64,000 bases of DNA from Candidatus Fermentibacterota bacterium (lineage in GTDB: Bacteria > Fermentibacterota > Fermentibacteria > Fermentibacterales > JCC-6), in contig CAWJQI010000004.1 of NCBI GenBank assembly GCA_963845085.1, forward strand, positions 672,001 through 736,000, read 5' to 3'. Each line of letters starts with the position of its first letter. Within the stretch, counting starts at the first letter, position 1. The notes under the pieces were generated by a model, which searched no databases, was not told where the DNA came from, and was given only the letters and a program-made list of their open reading frames with translations. This document shows, piece after piece, positions 56,300-64,000 of the stretch. Position numbers and translations under genes: made by a program.

Positions 56300-57532
56300 A
56301 TGAGGACATGCATTCTGTTCATCTCGGCATCAACCGTTCTTTTTTCCGCACAAGTCCGGGCTTCCGACGGCGAGATCATCGGCTGGGGCGCAAACGGGTT
56401 CGGCCAGTGCACGGTTCCACTTCCCAATTCCGGTTTTGTCGCCATCTCGGCCGGCGAGAACTTCAGCCTTGCTCTCGATGCCGACGGATCGATCACCGCA
56501 TGGGGCAACGACGATGAAGGCCGCTGCAACGTTCCTCTGCCAAACCAGGATTTCGTGGCCATCTCGGCGGGTTATGCCCATGGCCTCGCGCTCAAGTCCA
56601 ATGGCTCCATCGTTGCCTGGGGGCTGAACACCTACGGGCAGTGCGACGTTCCCGAGCCAAACACCGGTTTCATTGCCGTGGCCGCAGGCGAACATCACAG
56701 CATGGGGCTGCGGGAGGACGGTTCGGTCGTTGTATGGGGGAGGAATCAGTTCGGGCAGTGCAATGTTCCTGAGCCAAACGATGACTTCATTGCCATCACT
56801 GCGGGTGTCTACCACTGCATCGGCCTCAGGGCCGACGGTTCGCTCACGGCATGGGGAGGCAACTACTGGGGCGAGTGCAACGTTCCGGAGCCAAACGATG
56901 ACTTCACTGCCGTTTCAGGAGGGTGGGGCCACAACCTCGGTCTGAAGAGCGACGGAGAGATCGTTGCCTGGGGGATGAACCATCTTGGACAGTGCAACGT
57001 GCCCGACAGCGGGCCCTTCGTTGCGATCTCGGCATCCAACAGCCACAGCCTCGGACTGACCGCGGACGGTGTGATCGCTGCGTGGGGAGCGGGCGGTCCG
57101 GGCCAGTCCGGCTATCCCCATTACGGACAGAGCATCGTGCCCGAACCGAACGAAGGCTTCAAGGCGATCGCAGCGGGCTGGTTCCACAGCCTCGGCCTTG
57201 TGGGTGAGTTCACGAACACTGATTCAGAGGCCATTCTGGTGACACCTCCCGACGGAATCACCATCATGGCGGTTGCTCCCAACCCCGCGAGTCCCACGAC
57301 CACGATCGGTTTCATGTCACCCGGCATCGCCGACATCGAGCTCGAAGTGTTCGACATCTCGGGCCGAATCGTCAGAACCGTCGAAGCGGGTGATGCTGCG
57401 CAGGGGCAGCATTCAGTCATGTGGGATGGCACTGGCAACCACGGGGAAGCACTTCCCGCCGGAGTCTACATGGTCAGGTTGACCGGAGGGGGGCAGCACT
57501 CGGATGCTTCACGGGTGATACTGGTCAGGTAG
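56300..57532 (+). CDS. Secreted RCC1/BLIP-II repeat beta-propeller with FlgD/T9SS-like CTD
   Basis: About seven 39-aa repeats (WGxNxxGQCxVPEPNxxFxAISAGxxHSLxL); APNP...FDISGR...WDG...GVYMVRL. Confidence 0.88.
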   Translation: MRTCILFISASTVLFSAQVRASDGEIIGWGANGFGQCTVPLPNSGFVAISAGENFSLALDADGSITAWGNDDEGRCNVPLPNQDFVAISAGYAHGLALKSNGSIVAWGLNTYGQCDVPEPNTGFIAVAAGEHHSMGLREDGSVVVWGRNQFGQCNVPEPNDDFIAITAGVYHCIGLRADGSLTAWGGNYWGECNVPEPNDDFTAVSGGWGHNLGLKSDGEIVAWGMNHLGQCNVPDSGPFVAISASNSHSLGLTADGVIAAWGAGGPGQSGYPHYGQSIVPEPNEGFKAIAAGWFHSLGLVGEFTNTDSEAILVTPPDGITIMAVAPNPASPTTTIGFMSPGIADIELEVFDISGRIVRTVEAGDAAQGQHSVMWDGTGNHGEALPAGVYMVRLTGGGQHSDASRVILVR

Positions 57533-57581
57533 CCCCCGATCATCCGACCGCCCTTCGACATGTGCGCCTTCGGCAGAACAG

Positions 57582-59393
57582 TCAGTTGATGATCACGAAA
57601 CGCCCGGTATCCTCGAATCCGTCCGTGAACATCCTGCAAATGTACACACCGGGTGCCAGCACGGTCGTGAGAAGCTGGTGGTATCCCGCGGTCACCGCAT
57701 CCTGCTCATGATCCCAGACGAGCCTGCCCGTGATGTCGAAGACCGCCATTCTCACCCGGGAGGCCGAGTCGAGATAGAAGTCAATCACGGGAGCGGACAG
57801 GGCGGGGTTCGGTGTGATGCCGAGCAGGGCGGACCGCTCCGGAACGGGTATGTAGCCCTCTGAAAGCCCGGTCGACACCCATGAAATCTCCACCCGCTCA
57901 AGGATGGGAGTATCACCCGGCCTGTCCGAATTGAGGAGCACCCTGTACTGCACGTATGATGAACTGTCCGCCAGGTGATCGCTCAGCCTGCAGGGTCCGG
58001 TCAGAACGACCGACCAATCGCCCATCGCCGTGTAGTCGTCAGAGGCCCTGACCTGGAATGCAACCATGGTGCCGGCAGGAGTCTCCGCCGTCCAGTCGAT
58101 CGTGCCCCACATCGGGTCGCAACCGGTGTAAAGAATGCTTGATTCCAGTGCTCCGATGCCCGGTGAACGATCCCACCATGCAACGGCGTCTCCCGTCATG
58201 GCAGCACCCACGGGATCGAGGTCGCCGTCGGAATCCATGTCGCCGGCACTCACTGCGAATGCACCGCCGAATGTGGTGCTCAGCAGGTTCTTGGTCCAGG
58301 TGCCTGCGTCGTTCAAATAAAGTATTACGGCATTTGTCGAGTTGGATGTGGCCAGAACATCACCGTCGCCATCGTTGTCGATGTCGCACCCGTGAACGCA
58401 CACCGCTCCATCGAGCGCTTCGTCAACGAAGTGTTTCTCGAACACGCCTGACCGGTTCTCCCACCAGACCACGGCGTCAGCCACCGCAGCCGCCCCGAAA
58501 AGGTCTAGGTCACCGTCGGCGTCGATGTCGAGCGAGTGAATGAAGTAAACTCCATCGAAATCAGTGTCTATGTCATGCCTGACCCAGCTGGCGCCCTGGG
58601 CGTCCGCATTTTCGAACCAGGCGACATCGTCGGCATAGAATGCGCCTGCGGCGATATCGAGGTCACCGTCGCCGTCGTAATCGCCCGGGCTTAACGTCCA
58701 TGAGCCGTCGAAGGAGGAGCCTGCGACATGCTGTTCCCACTCCTGGCCGAGCCCGTCAGTGTTTTCCCAGCAGACCACCTCGTCGCGCGACATGGATGCT
58801 CCGAAAATATCGATATCTCCGTCTCCATCAACATCACCGACGGCTGCCGCATGTGCGCCCGCGAAACCGCCGCTCACAAGATGGTACTCCCATCTGTCCC
58901 CGGCACCTTCCGTGTTTTCCCACCATGCAATGTCGTTGCCGCCGTACAGTGTCTTGCCCGCTCCGACGAGATCGGTGTCTCCGTCACCGTCGATGTCAGC
59001 GGCAACGATGCTGCACGCACCGGGAAAACCGTCGTCAACGAGGTGTTTCTCCCATGTCAAACCCAGGCTGTCACTGTTTTCCCACCAGGAGATCTCACCC
59101 GCCGTCAGCGCCGAGCCTGCAACGTCAATATCACCGTCTCCGTCGATATCGCACGGGAATACCGATGTGGCGCCGTCGAAATCGTCCTCGACGGAAAAAA
59201 AGGCAATTCCCGATGTCAGACTGATCCTGTCCGGGGTCGACCATTCGATATTCACGGAAGCGGAGAATGCCTGGCCGAAATCCCCAACCGGACCGAATAC
59301 CCTGGGACCGGCTGTCCAGTCATCCTGCTCGGCGGTCACAGCCCCTGCAACAGACACAATGCACAGCATGAACACAATCTTGATCCCTGACAT
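57582..59393 (-). CDS. Secreted FG-GAP/VCBS repeat protein with T9SS-like CTD
   Basis: Seven DxDGDGDxD repeats, most followed by WWEN; TPNP...FDITGR...GVYICR. Confidence 0.9.
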   Translation of the reverse strand: MSGIKIVFMLCIVSVAGAVTAEQDDWTAGPRVFGPVGDFGQAFSASVNIEWSTPDRISLTSGIAFFSVEDDFDGATSVFPCDIDGDGDIDVAGSALTAGEISWWENSDSLGLTWEKHLVDDGFPGACSIVAADIDGDGDTDLVGAGKTLYGGNDIAWWENTEGAGDRWEYHLVSGGFAGAHAAAVGDVDGDGDIDIFGASMSRDEVVCWENTDGLGQEWEQHVAGSSFDGSWTLSPGDYDGDGDLDIAAGAFYADDVAWFENADAQGASWVRHDIDTDFDGVYFIHSLDIDADGDLDLFGAAAVADAVVWWENRSGVFEKHFVDEALDGAVCVHGCDIDNDGDGDVLATSNSTNAVILYLNDAGTWTKNLLSTTFGGAFAVSAGDMDSDGDLDPVGAAMTGDAVAWWDRSPGIGALESSILYTGCDPMWGTIDWTAETPAGTMVAFQVRASDDYTAMGDWSVVLTGPCRLSDHLADSSSYVQYRVLLNSDRPGDTPILERVEISWVSTGLSEGYIPVPERSALLGITPNPALSAPVIDFYLDSASRVRMAVFDITGRLVWDHEQDAVTAGYHQLLTTVLAPGVYICRMFTDGFEDTGRFVIIN

Positions 59394-59593
59394 ACCGCAC
59401 CTCCATTTTGCCTGATGCTCATTCATTCATGGAGTTGTGTCAATGGCACTTCCGTGATGCCGCCATGCAGTGGCGGCATCTGCCGGGGCAGTTTCTTGAC
59501 GCGTGCCGGCACGGGCGGTATGGTCAATTTTATGTTGCCATGAATGGTATTCGCCCGGCGTTCAAACCGGATCGGTTCAGGAAGGACAACTCA

Positions 59594-60184
59594 ATGAGAG
59601 CCCTGCCGGTTTCACTTCTGCTTGCCATCCTCACATCGGCCGTACCGGGTTATTCTGATGATTTACCGGGCGTCCCGGTCGAACTGCATGCCGCACCCCC
59701 CGAACTGATCATGGGAAGGGGGCTGATGAGCAGGGAGCGTCTCGTTGAATTCTTCATGGAGAACAACCCCGATGCCGATGAGGAAAGAGTCGCACTGCTC
59801 GCTTCCCTGTACATTGAGGAAGGCAATGCGGAGGGCGTAAACCCTGACGTTGCCTTCATCCAGATGTGCCTTGAGACAGGCTTTCTGCGCTTTGGCGGCC
59901 TCGTCACCCGTGACATGAACAATTTCTGCGGCCTCGGGGCGATCAGTGTTCAGCAGCCCGGCCTTTTCTTCCCGGACGAGCGAACCGGTGTGAGGGCCCA
60001 CGTGCAGCATTTGAAGGCGTACGGCTCAACTGAACCGCTGGTGGGTGAGCTTGTCGACCCCCGGTACCAGTATGTGAATCCGAAGGGAAAATCTCCGGAC
60101 ATACTGGGGCTATCGGGAACCTGGGCTGCCGACAGGCAGTACGGGGCAAAACTCGTTGAACTTCTGGAGCGGCTCTATCTCTGA
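59594..60184 (+). CDS. Glucosaminidase (GH73-like) domain protein
   Basis: QMCLETGFL, NNFCGLGA, GVRAHVQHLKAY and LSGTWAAD..YG motifs; signal peptide. Confidence 0.88.
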   Translation: MRALPVSLLLAILTSAVPGYSDDLPGVPVELHAAPPELIMGRGLMSRERLVEFFMENNPDADEERVALLASLYIEEGNAEGVNPDVAFIQMCLETGFLRFGGLVTRDMNNFCGLGAISVQQPGLFFPDERTGVRAHVQHLKAYGSTEPLVGELVDPRYQYVNPKGKSPDILGLSGTWAADRQYGAKLVELLERLYL

Positions 60185-60409
60185 CAGTACTGTCAGCCAA
60201 TTCCATCGCCAGCCCTTTGCAGAAGTCACGGCGGGAACACAACAGCTTCCGGCCGGGTAGGAAGAATCATACCTCTCTTCACCAGCAGATTACATGTTGT
60301 GAAGGCTTCTTTCATTATGTGCTTTTCATTGACGTGCGCCATGAGCGCGATTAGAGTCCTGCAAATCATACCATTCGCTCCAACTGCTTGAATAGAAGGA
60401 CGGACGGGG

Positions 60410-61579
60410 TTGAAAAAGGCAGGCATTCATGGAGTTTTCCGTTTTGGTCTTTTCATGCTCTTTTCAGCATGCGGGGGTCCTGCAGACAGGAGTTCAGGGC
60501 AGCCCGCCGATTCATTGATCACCATAGCTCCGTCATTCATCATCGGGGAAGACTCATTCGAAGGCGACTACGCATTCGGAGCTATTTCGGATGCGGAATA
60601 TTTCCGTGACGGCAGAATCGCCGTTCTGGATCGAATACAATGCAGGGCATCGGTGTTCTCGGGAACCGGCAGTTTCCTCTACTCAATGGGTTGCAGGGGG
60701 GACGGTCCGGGCGAGTTCAACAACCCCGACTGCATGGTCTGCATGGGAGACAGCCTGGTGATCTTCGACAGGCGTGCCGGCAGGGTTTCGGTATTCGGCC
60801 CGTCCGGTGAATACCTTGGAGAGCTGACCACAGCGGCAAATACTACTGCCATACCCACATACTGCCGGTACACGGGCAATGGAATCATCGGGGGCACCAC
60901 CTCGGTTGATCCAGGTGACGGGAGCGTCCAGAATCTCGTCTACCTCGTTTCCATATACGACATGGAGCTGAACCCCGTTGACACTCTGCACGCCAACCAT
61001 TTCGCCTCCACGCCTGATGACATCTCACAAACAATACAGAACACATATTTTTCATGTTCCTTTGCAGCTGATCCCTTCGGCAATACCTTTGTTGCGCCCG
61101 TTTCCACCGATGATTACCTGGTGATCGGCATCGATGCCGACCGTGACACGCTGCTCACCATCCGGAGGAACTTCCCCCGCATTGAAAAGACCCGGGAAGA
61201 GCTTGCCGAAGAGGCGAGACGTTTCAGCAGCGTCCTGATGGCGCGCAATCCCGGCCTCATCGTCGAGTACGAACCGGTGGAGTTCAGGTACATGATCCCC
61301 CCGAACGGGCTTCATGTCGATTCAAGCCGGAGGATATGGGTGCTCAGGGGTGCAGGCGGCGAGCCGGTGTTCGATGTTTACGGCTACGACGGAGAAAAGC
61401 TTTTCTCAACAAGGATCACCGGCATCGATCCGGAGGAAACCGGCGGCCTGCTCTGGTGGATGGTTAGCGATCACGGCCTTATGGCCTTTTCCCTTGATCC
61501 CGTTGATTTCCCGAAAGTTTACGTGTTCGACCTGCCGGATCTCACTCCTGCCGGCAATTGCGAGAACCCGACCGAATGA
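60410..61579 (+). CDS. 6-bladed beta-propeller lipoprotein
   Basis: FSAC lipobox; GCRGDGPGEF and VDSSRRIW motifs; resembles 49250-50395. Confidence 0.82.
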   Translation: MKKAGIHGVFRFGLFMLFSACGGPADRSSGQPADSLITIAPSFIIGEDSFEGDYAFGAISDAEYFRDGRIAVLDRIQCRASVFSGTGSFLYSMGCRGDGPGEFNNPDCMVCMGDSLVIFDRRAGRVSVFGPSGEYLGELTTAANTTAIPTYCRYTGNGIIGGTTSVDPGDGSVQNLVYLVSIYDMELNPVDTLHANHFASTPDDISQTIQNTYFSCSFAADPFGNTFVAPVSTDDYLVIGIDADRDTLLTIRRNFPRIEKTREELAEEARRFSSVLMARNPGLIVEYEPVEFRYMIPPNGLHVDSSRRIWVLRGAGGEPVFDVYGYDGEKLFSTRITGIDPEETGGLLWWMVSDHGLMAFSLDPVDFPKVYVFDLPDLTPAGNCENPTE

Positions 61580-61595
61580 AACGGAGGTGAACGAG

Positions 61596-61733
61596 ATGAC
61601 AAGACTGGAAGCACTGGAAGCGGAGATGGTGAAACTCATCGAAAAGGAAGTTCCGGTGGAACCCGAAGTCGACGATGGCGGCCCGAAGTGCGGGGCTGTC
61701 GCCACCGCCGTCAATGTCGTCGGCATTCCCTGA
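61596..61733 (+). CDS. Putative RiPP precursor peptide (45 aa)
   Basis: GGAGGTGA RBS. MTRLEALEAEMVKLIEKEVPVEPEVDDGG-PKCGAVATAVNVVGIP lies directly upstream of a radical SAM/SPASM gene. Confidence 0.8.
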   Translation: MTRLEALEAEMVKLIEKEVPVEPEVDDGGPKCGAVATAVNVVGIP

Positions 61734-61755
61734 GTTTGCACGACTGATGAGGCTC

Positions 61756-61792
61756 GTCGGCCTGGCCGGAATGAGGTTCCGACCAGGCCGAC
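61756..61792 (+). other. Strong stem-loop between precursor and maturase genes
   Basis: GTCGGCCTGG-C-CGGAA-TGAGG-TTCCG-A-CCAGGCCGAC: 15 bp with one mismatch and no U tract. Confidence 0.8.
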
Positions 61793-61814
61793 CAATGACG
61801 ATCCGGAGTGAACC

Positions 61815-62906
61815 ATGGCAAAGGGGCCTGTTTCGGTGACTGGAATGCCGAAGGTTCTGCAGCTGGACATCACGCACCGCTGCAATCTTCGCTGCATCTA
61901 CTGCTTCAAGAAGTTCCTTCCTTCGGTGTTGCAGAACGACACGACTGACGGTCCGGGTGCCGAAATGTCTCTCGAACTGCTTGAAAGGGTGGTAAGGGAG
62001 ATAGCACCGCACGGTACGATACTCGACATAACCGGCGGAGAGCCCTTCCTGAATGAGAGGATCTGGGACCTCATTCCGCTCTGTGTTGACTCCGGCGTCA
62101 GGTTCGAGATCGTCACGAAACACTGCTTTTCGGAAGCGGAGGCGGCACGGCTGAAGGATGCCGGGCTGGAAGGCATCACGGTCAGCCTTGATTCTCCTGT
62201 TTCAGAAAAGGCGGACAGGCTCGTAGGCAAAGCCGGCTTTTTTATTGAAATGACCTCAGGAATCGGGTTTCTTCGAAAACACGGGATAGCAGTCAAGGTC
62301 AAGGCTGTCGTCTGCGACTATACCGCAGATGACGTCGGAGATTTGCTCACGCTTCTCAAAGACCTGGGAGCATCGAAGGTGATGCTTCAGGAATTCAGCC
62401 ACAGCAGCTTCTCCCTTGCGAACAGAAAGCATGACGGTGAAGTCCTCAGGAACAACGCCCTGTTGTCCCTTGGTGATCAGAACCGTTCGTCGATCAAGAG
62501 CCTGGTGAAAAGCACATCTTTCGGCGGGATGGAAGTGATCGATCACCTGAACCCCGACGGCATGCCCACGAAACCATCGCCCTGTCCCGTCCTTCTCGGA
62601 CGCATGTTTCTAAGGCCGGATGGCAGGGTGCTGTTTTGCGGCCAGATACAGGAACTTGTCGTTGGCGACGCCAGAGACAATTCCATCTTCGAGATATGGA
62701 ATTCTGAGGAGATGGGGACTCTGATGAACCCCGAAAAGAAGCTGTTCGAGGGCACTGATTGCACGGCCTGCGACAAGTTTCAAAAGTGCAGCAGCCTGGG
62801 GCGTTGTCCGGGCTACGCTCTGCTCAGGTACAAGCGCCTGTTCGCGCCGGACGAAAACCGCCTCTGCCGTTACTTCGGCAGGAAGGCTGCGGCTGACGGA
62901 GGATAG
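61815..62906 (+). CDS. Radical SAM/SPASM domain protein, putative peptide maturase
   Basis: CNLRCIYC and TGGEP motifs; C-terminal C-x17-C...Cx2Cx5Cx5C-x19-C (seven Cys). Confidence 0.92.
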   Translation: MAKGPVSVTGMPKVLQLDITHRCNLRCIYCFKKFLPSVLQNDTTDGPGAEMSLELLERVVREIAPHGTILDITGGEPFLNERIWDLIPLCVDSGVRFEIVTKHCFSEAEAARLKDAGLEGITVSLDSPVSEKADRLVGKAGFFIEMTSGIGFLRKHGIAVKVKAVVCDYTADDVGDLLTLLKDLGASKVMLQEFSHSSFSLANRKHDGEVLRNNALLSLGDQNRSSIKSLVKSTSFGGMEVIDHLNPDGMPTKPSPCPVLLGRMFLRPDGRVLFCGQIQELVVGDARDNSIFEIWNSEEMGTLMNPEKKLFEGTDCTACDKFQKCSSLGRCPGYALLRYKRLFAPDENRLCRYFGRKAAADGG

Positions 62907-62997
62907 CCCACCGAAGTGTTTTCCGATCCTTGAAGGGTGAAAGGGAACGCGCGCCTTCAGGCAGGAATGCTCCGCGATGCATGAGTGAAGCCGGGAA

Positions 62998-64000
62998 TCA
63001 GCGAACGGTCCTGACCAGCCGGAAGCCCAGGAACGAATATGTATTGCCCGAACTGATGTATTCCCGGTGGGCTGAGCGGCAGTAACGGCCGCTGATGATC
63101 CACCCGCCGCCGCGCACCAGGTGGTTTGCCGACCCCTCGATCCAGGGGCTGCCGTCGGTCGGGGCTCCGACGTAGCTGTTGTGCCAGGTATCGAGACACC
63201 ACTCCCAGCCATTGCCGCTCATATCAGAAAGACCCAGGGGGTTGGGCATCTTCTCTCCAACGGGATGGGTTTCACCGCCCGAGTTTTCACTGAACCAGGC
63301 GTACTGCCAGATCTGGCTGTAATCCGGATCGTCACCCCAGTAGAACCTTGTCGCTGTTCCCGCCCTGCAGGCGTACTCCCACTCCGCCTCGCTGGGAAGG
63401 CGGTATGCATGCACGGGGTCCAGTTCGTTCATCTCATCCACAAACAGCTGGCACTTATCCCAGAGGATGCTGTCAACGGGGCGGTCAGGCCCCAGGAACC
63501 ATGACGGATCGGAGCTGATGCCCTTCATCAGCTCTTCCCACATCGCCTGCGTGACTTCGGTGGTCATTATTTCGTAGGAGTAATCAAAGGTCACGGTATG
63601 AACCGGGCGCTCCGTTTCGAATGAGCCCGGATCAGCTGCAGGCGAACCCATCTCGAAGGAGCCTGCGGGAACCGCCACGAACTCCATGCCTTCGGGAAGC
63701 GGGACTTCCGGGGTTGCCACTTCCACTTCGCTGCTCCAGGATGCAAGCCCCTGCGTGTTTCTTGTGAGCAGTGCGTAGTGATAAACAGAGCCCCAGAGCA
63801 CCCCGTCATCGATGAACTGGGTAATGAAGGCACTGGGCTGGGAACCCAGGTTGCAGGCGCCTGCGGTATCGAGAGCAATGCCTGGGTCGGGTGAGCGGAA
63901 CAGCGTATAGCTTTCAAAATCGCTGTCAGGGCAGGTCGTCCAGTCCACGGTGACCTGGCACACCATGGGAGGGTCCTCGGTTTCCCCGGTGAATACCGCG
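62998..64000 (-). CDS. Formylglycine-generating enzyme (SUMF1) family domain protein with an FN3-like region; 5' end lies outside the window
   Basis: FEMGS, RLPSEAEWEYACRAG, DMSGNGWEWC, RGGGW and GFRL motifs. The frame stays open to the window edge. Confidence 0.9.
   Translation of the reverse strand, partial: AVFTGETEDPPMVCQVTVDWTTCPDSDFESYTLFRSPDPGIALDTAGACNLGSQPSAFITQFIDDGVLWGSVYHYALLTRNTQGLASWSSEVEVATPEVPLPEGMEFVAVPAGSFEMGSPAADPGSFETERPVHTVTFDYSYEIMTTEVTQAMWEELMKGISSDPSWFLGPDRPVDSILWDKCQLFVDEMNELDPVHAYRLPSEAEWEYACRAGTATRFYWGDDPDYSQIWQYAWFSENSGGETHPVGEKMPNPLGLSDMSGNGWEWCLDTWHNSYVGAPTDGSPWIEGSANHLVRGGGWIISGRYCRSAHREYISSGNTYSFLGFRLVRTVR

Noticed and set aside
56380..57200. Regular repeats of about 117 nt that could mimic a CRISPR array
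   Set aside because: They are degenerate in-frame RCC1-type protein repeats with no unique spacers and no cas genes.
61314..61595. 139-aa ORF-track extension upstream of the precursor peptide
   Set aside because: It overlaps the propeller gene in another frame. The strong RBS at 61583-61590 places the real start at 61596.
62998..64000. FGE-domain protein as the sulfatase maturase or part of the RiPP locus
   Set aside because: It is convergent to the locus, lacks an evident catalytic CxxxxC in the RGG region, and the sulfatase-like protein has no Cys/Ser target.
1..64000. Genome-wide UGA reassignment (genetic code 4 or 25)
   Set aside because: Many conserved genes end at TGA at the expected C-terminus, with ATGA/GTGA overlaps, so UGA is normally a stop.

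Overview
A gene-dense, GC-rich window from a diderm anaerobic bacterium. Several secreted proteins carry Por/T9SS-like C-terminal domains, and there is a gingipain-like C25 peptidase, Fhs and Na+ bioenergetics genes; this suggests the FCB group, possibly Fermentibacteria-like (inference only). Ordinary content: a trans-sulfuration enzyme, a membrane PPase with oadB/oadG, an amino-sugar modification cluster, two TetR-controlled RND operons, malic enzyme and fumarase, ABC transporters, tRNA-Gln, tupABC, a padR-sensor pair and secreted repeat proteins. Most notable items missing from the ORF track: (1) a probable RiPP locus (beta-propeller lipoprotein, 45-aa precursor peptide, stem-loop, radical SAM/SPASM enzyme; 60410-62906); (2) a secreted Omp28-like protein with an in-frame UGA in a UxxC motif and a SECIS-like hairpin (11514-12491); (3) a tiny lipoprotein ORF whose UGA is followed by a SECIS-like hairpin in the same register, a candidate 44-aa selenolipoprotein (46468-46602); (4) a Moco-family riboswitch lacking P3 (tungsten type) upstream of tupABC. 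All calls are by eye; no searches or folding programs were run.
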